Assembly: GCA_002633005.1 (NCBI GenBank)
Contig: NMRA01000007.1
Coordinates: 1,378,362 to 1,442,361, forward strand
Source of the DNA: Phoronis australis
Taxonomy: Eukaryota; Animalia; Phoronida
Reading direction: 5' to 3'
DNA length: 64,000 nt
In this document: piece after piece, positions 48,739 to 64,000 of the stretch
Numbering within the stretch: position 1 is the first letter of the stretch
Layout: each line of letters opens with the position of its first letter
The notes under the pieces: model-generated
Seen by the model: the letters and a program-made list of their open reading frames with translations, nothing else
Told to the model about the DNA's origin: nothing
Database searches by the model: none
Position numbers and translations under genes: made by a program

Positions 48739-51490
48739 CATTGACATCCAGTAAAACGCAAATACATGCAGGCCTGTCAAACGTCAGATAAATTTAGATT
48801 TTAGATAGATTTAGATTTGTTCCGGTGAGCTCGTACGTTGAAAGTCGCTTGTAAGATTCGCGCAACAAATTTTGAATTTGTGCTGAATACACTAATTAAT
48901 GAGGACAAATTCTCAGGCTACAGTTCCTCAATAAGTTTTTAAAAGCGATAACCACGAAGCACAACTACTTTCTGTGAGGGTTATTAAGTAGCCTATTAAT
49001 GAATAATATAGAGGCTTCTGTTTTCTGGCGTGAGTAGTCCGAGATGAACACAGTCGCAAAACTCGTTTATGAATACGCACCTTTCGATTGTCAATATGAA
49101 CAGATGTGACCTGTCTCCTTTTAATTTTTTGAATTACAACAAGAGGATCGGGCTGAAAGATTTATATTATAGAAATAAAAGTAAAACTTTTTCTAATCAT
49201 ATGCGGTACGAATTACAATGAAGAACAGAAAATTACAAAACTAATTGAACGAGGGTGTCTAAACTTTCTATACGGCCTCCCGCAGACCCGCCAGCTATTG
49301 GAAGAGTCATTGCGAGAACAAAGTGTCCGTGGTTTCTTCCCAGTTGGCTACTCCCGGCCGTCATTCCTGCAGTTCACAGCAAAAATGACTAATCCACTTT
49401 GGTTCTATTTCACAACTTGGAAGTACAAAAATCTCAGTGATTTTATGACAACGAACTTTTTGGACCGACGTTTCCAAGTCATCACCTCGACAAGAAATTG
49501 GGTTCATTACCGTAGGAAAATTCATCCGTGCGGGGAATCTTGTGAAATTGTCATGAATGAATTGGTTTTTATTTAAATTGTTCGAATAGTCGGGACTTAT
49601 TTAATTTTTTTGTGACGTGATCATTTTAATTGATCTTTTGGCATCGACTACGTATCAAATGCCATTTAATCCCAAATGACACGTCAACTTGTGACAACTG
49701 AGTGCCCCACACAGTGATATGATTAAATTCTCTCAGGTCAGCAAGCTCCCCTTGATTTCCCCTTCTTGGAAAAATAGCTGCTGACGGTTCTGCCTTCGAA
49801 GCCAACTTGATGCTGCATTTCGCCCCATCAAAATCGATCTCGTGACATACCTTACCGTGATTGGATACCATTTCCGTTACCAACTCAAGACGATGCGTAC
49901 ACGCGCCTTATTCGCATTTTGTAACTTGAGAATAATTGGCCAACCCCAGTAAATTCTGATATAGTGTTTTCTAGAGCCGCCCATACTTTCAGTGTTCTTT
50001 AGGTATGGTAAATTACGAGACCAATTTTAAAGGCGATTCGATTTTCTTTTTTAGGCCAGCTAAACTGAGCGAAGTGCATTACTATATAGTGGTGTTGCGA
50101 ATGTTTTGAAAACACCCCATGACTGGCGAAATTAAGTTTCAAGTCTCAGTCTCTCCTCACTTCAAATGACCAAACCCAACAGTTTTGGCATTCCCAATGA
50201 GAATTTTTTGAGCATTGGTTATAACAGAATTTCCAAATCTGGGGCGGCATTTATCACCTGGCCAAATTTAGATATATGAACCATGTTTATACGTAGAGCT
50301 AGCATTGTGCCACATTTCTATATCAGTTGGAGACGACTTGTTTTAAAAACAACCCACATTTATACCTCCCACCTGGAAAAATTCCCAAATTATACCCCAT
50401 CTCCTTGTGTGGCCACTACACCCCAGTACCCACAGCATGTAGAGAATTATCAGACCCAAACTTAATCAAGCAAATCTAGATTTCCCATTCCAATTATGTA
50501 TCTAGTTGACCCAAATGGATACCCCAAACTTATACCAAAATGCGACCAAAAGCCATTGCAAAATTTTGGAAAACGACACCCATCCCAGCGGCACATCCAC
50601 ATTATTCACAATGCATCCACTGTCCCAGTTTCACGACTTTGTGAACGCCCTTTCTCGCCTAGTTCCCAGATCCGCTAGTGCTCCAGACTACCTATAGTTT
50701 ATGAAAAAGAACACGATTCACATAGGATTGGTAGATGCATGTAATCATAGACAGGTTGCAAGCTTTAGTTAGGTTCAGTTATTACACAACTGTGGAACGG
50801 GTGCCATTAGCTTTCAGTGTTTGCCACTCCCGTCAAACTAGACAATGCTCACCTTGCACACCAAAAGTGTGAAGCCTGTGGCCTTAGCCAGTAGTGGAAG
50901 CCTGTGAACTAACTACTATGTTTACAGCTTACCGAGTTCGACACCCTTTCCAATCGAAAATTTAAATGTCACCAATTGTCGTTCAGCGCTTCTGAAAAAA
51001 ACTTCCAACATTTAGTCTGGGGATCCCAACATAAAATAACAGTCTTTGGCGATTTTGTAGAAACAATTGTCAAAAAATATTTAGATTACCTATTTTGTAA
51101 AACTGAATCCTCGTGATTGGTTGGGTAATAAACCAACAATTCCAAAGAAAATACATAAAACAAAAATTTGATTTGCATTCCATACATCAACAGTCACTTG
51201 TCAAAAAATTGTACTATTGTTTGGTCATGGCGATTTTTCACCTATTACAGGTTACGGTAAAAAAGTTGAACGTTGCTTTCGATTGTCAAATTTCTAAAAA
51301 ATATTCAAGAAAAATTCACTAGATTATCAGCATTGTTTCTGCAATAGAATTTGCACCAAAACAATTGTTAATACCAAGAGATACAGCTTTTTAAAATTGC
51401 AGAACTTCAATTTTCAATAATTTTATGCCTGGTAACAATATTCTCTCATATGCCAAACCAGAAAGAACGCAAACAATGCCAAGGTAGGTC

Positions 51491-51496
51491 TTTATT
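51491..51496 (-). terminator. Candidate PK polyadenylation signal
   Basis: Minus-strand AATAAA (plus tttatt) about 830 nt past the stop. Confidence 0.45.
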
Positions 51497-52326
51497 GACA
51501 ATGATCGACAAACTCTCACTCACAACCTTTAACAACGCGACTACTGAACTTGATCAACAGTCATCACTCGTTAAAAACATATTACTGAGTAACGACCACA
51601 GTGAGAACTTGGTTACTAAGGTACACAGAAATAAATAAACAAACGGTGTGGGAACGAACTGAAATGAAATGGTTGTGCGTCTCTCATATTCTCTTCCCCT
51701 GCATATGAAAAAATCTTGAGATTTCTCAATTCTTCAGTAACTCGGACATTCACATTACATCCAAACTGTAACTAGGATCAATATTTGAGAAAGAAAAGTA
51801 ATGTTAAGATTTTTTGTAAAAGTGAAAGAGATGTGAACATTTGAAACCTGATAATTTGAAACCTAACGACCAACTGGGCGGCGACTGTGAATACCATCAA
51901 CCGTTCTGATTAAAGCTTATACACGGATAGGACTCGCAATCCTTAGGTAAAATAAATAAAATATCTAACTTATGTACAGTATTGGAAACATATGTACATT
52001 TTACGACTCCTAACATATTCGACAAACTGGAATGAGAGTCTACAACAGTTTATGGCAAAATCACAACACTCCTTTCACCAGCAGTTAGTTCACGAGAGTA
52101 GAACACCTTATTTAGTTTAGCACAACAGTAGCACACCTTTTGAAAGGGCAATTTCATATAAAGGATTTTAGCAATATCTAACCAGTTCAGCACAATACAA
52201 CACTCTTAGTCTCCACACTTAGTTTTAACAGCAACAATGTCTAGAGGGGATCGGCCACATTTCGCCTAGTTGGGTGAGGCACAGTGGCTAAAACAACGGG
52301 GACATCGCATGGATACTACTAAACAA

Positions 52327-63213
<10,887 letters not shown>

Positions 63214-64000
63214 CTAAATACAAAGAGAGCAACAGATGACAGAGCATTTCTATCACGTTGGAGGCTCGTAGTCTCACACAAACGAGCTCTTTCTTGTATA
63301 TAACTAAGTCATCAAAGGAGCACAAGTTCAGTTCCTAGTGAAAGCCCGCTGTACAGAAAAACGTAGGTCCAGTGCCAGTTTAAATTTAAATTTTCATGCA
63401 TATGCTTTCAATGACTGGTTGACCTAAAGTACACCACGTCAACTGATACTGGTCACAAAGAGTTATATTTAGAGACCCTGATGTTCTGCAATAATGCTAA
63501 ATGAACGGAATTCATGGAATGTGACTTCTTTCACAGCATTAGCGACTTGAACAGAATTCATTTCTTAGCAGGCATGTTCAAGTAGTCTTTGCTTATCTTT
63601 TCTGACGGTGGCACTGCTCTAATTCCAGTTTTGAGAAACAAATGAATGAACATGGCAACGTAGCAAGTTGTATTAATTCAACAAAAATGGATCTTCGACA
63701 GAATTCAGCGAAAAAAATAATTAGGAAATTCCCATGTCTTTTATGTTATTTGTTACTAACAAATAGTGAAACACGATTTGCTAATTCACAGAATGGAAAA
63801 AATCAGAATTGGATGCTTGCTAAAACAGATTTCTCTGTAACACATCTATCATACCACAGCGCCCTCTCTTCTTCATTGTCACACTTCCTCCTTAAGTTAG
63901 TTGCAAACTATTGCTGTGCTAATCACTATTCAATGTCAATGGAGCTGTTTCAGCTGCCATTCATCGCTCTAATGGTAGTAAAGTTAGACCACTACACAGT

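Noticed and set aside
45700-51400. Hidden gene between ANP32 and PK
   Set aside because: Only short ORFs and repeat fragments; no chain of frame-consistent exons with recognisable homology. A non-coding transcript cannot be excluded.

Overview
Intron-rich, AT-rich animal (invertebrate-like) nuclear DNA; the species cannot be named from sequence alone. Three spliced genes were reconstructed by hand with frame-consistent GT-AG junctions. (1) ANAPC1/APC1 on +, 5'-truncated, 36 unique exons from 220 to the stop at 36234. (2) A complete ANP32-family gene on -, 8 exons, 45504 to 38571, about 287 aa. (3) Pyruvate kinase on -, 5'-truncated, 9 exons, 63213 to 52327. Three near-identical tandem 'duplications' each end at a single N (11249, 23800, 47962) and are most likely two haplotypes assembled side by side. 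They expose polymorphic insertions: two Harbinger-type MITE copies and a near-perfect 80-bp hairpin. Introns also carry MITEs with 6-bp TSDs, a Kolobok transposase relic, a mariner-like element and tRNA-derived SINEs. The most unusual signals are tandem repeats built from whole splice junctions at three exon boundaries, and a possible decayed duplicate of the PK exon equivalent to the PKM1/M2 mutually exclusive exon. No prokaryote-type system (CRISPR, operon, prophage) is present.
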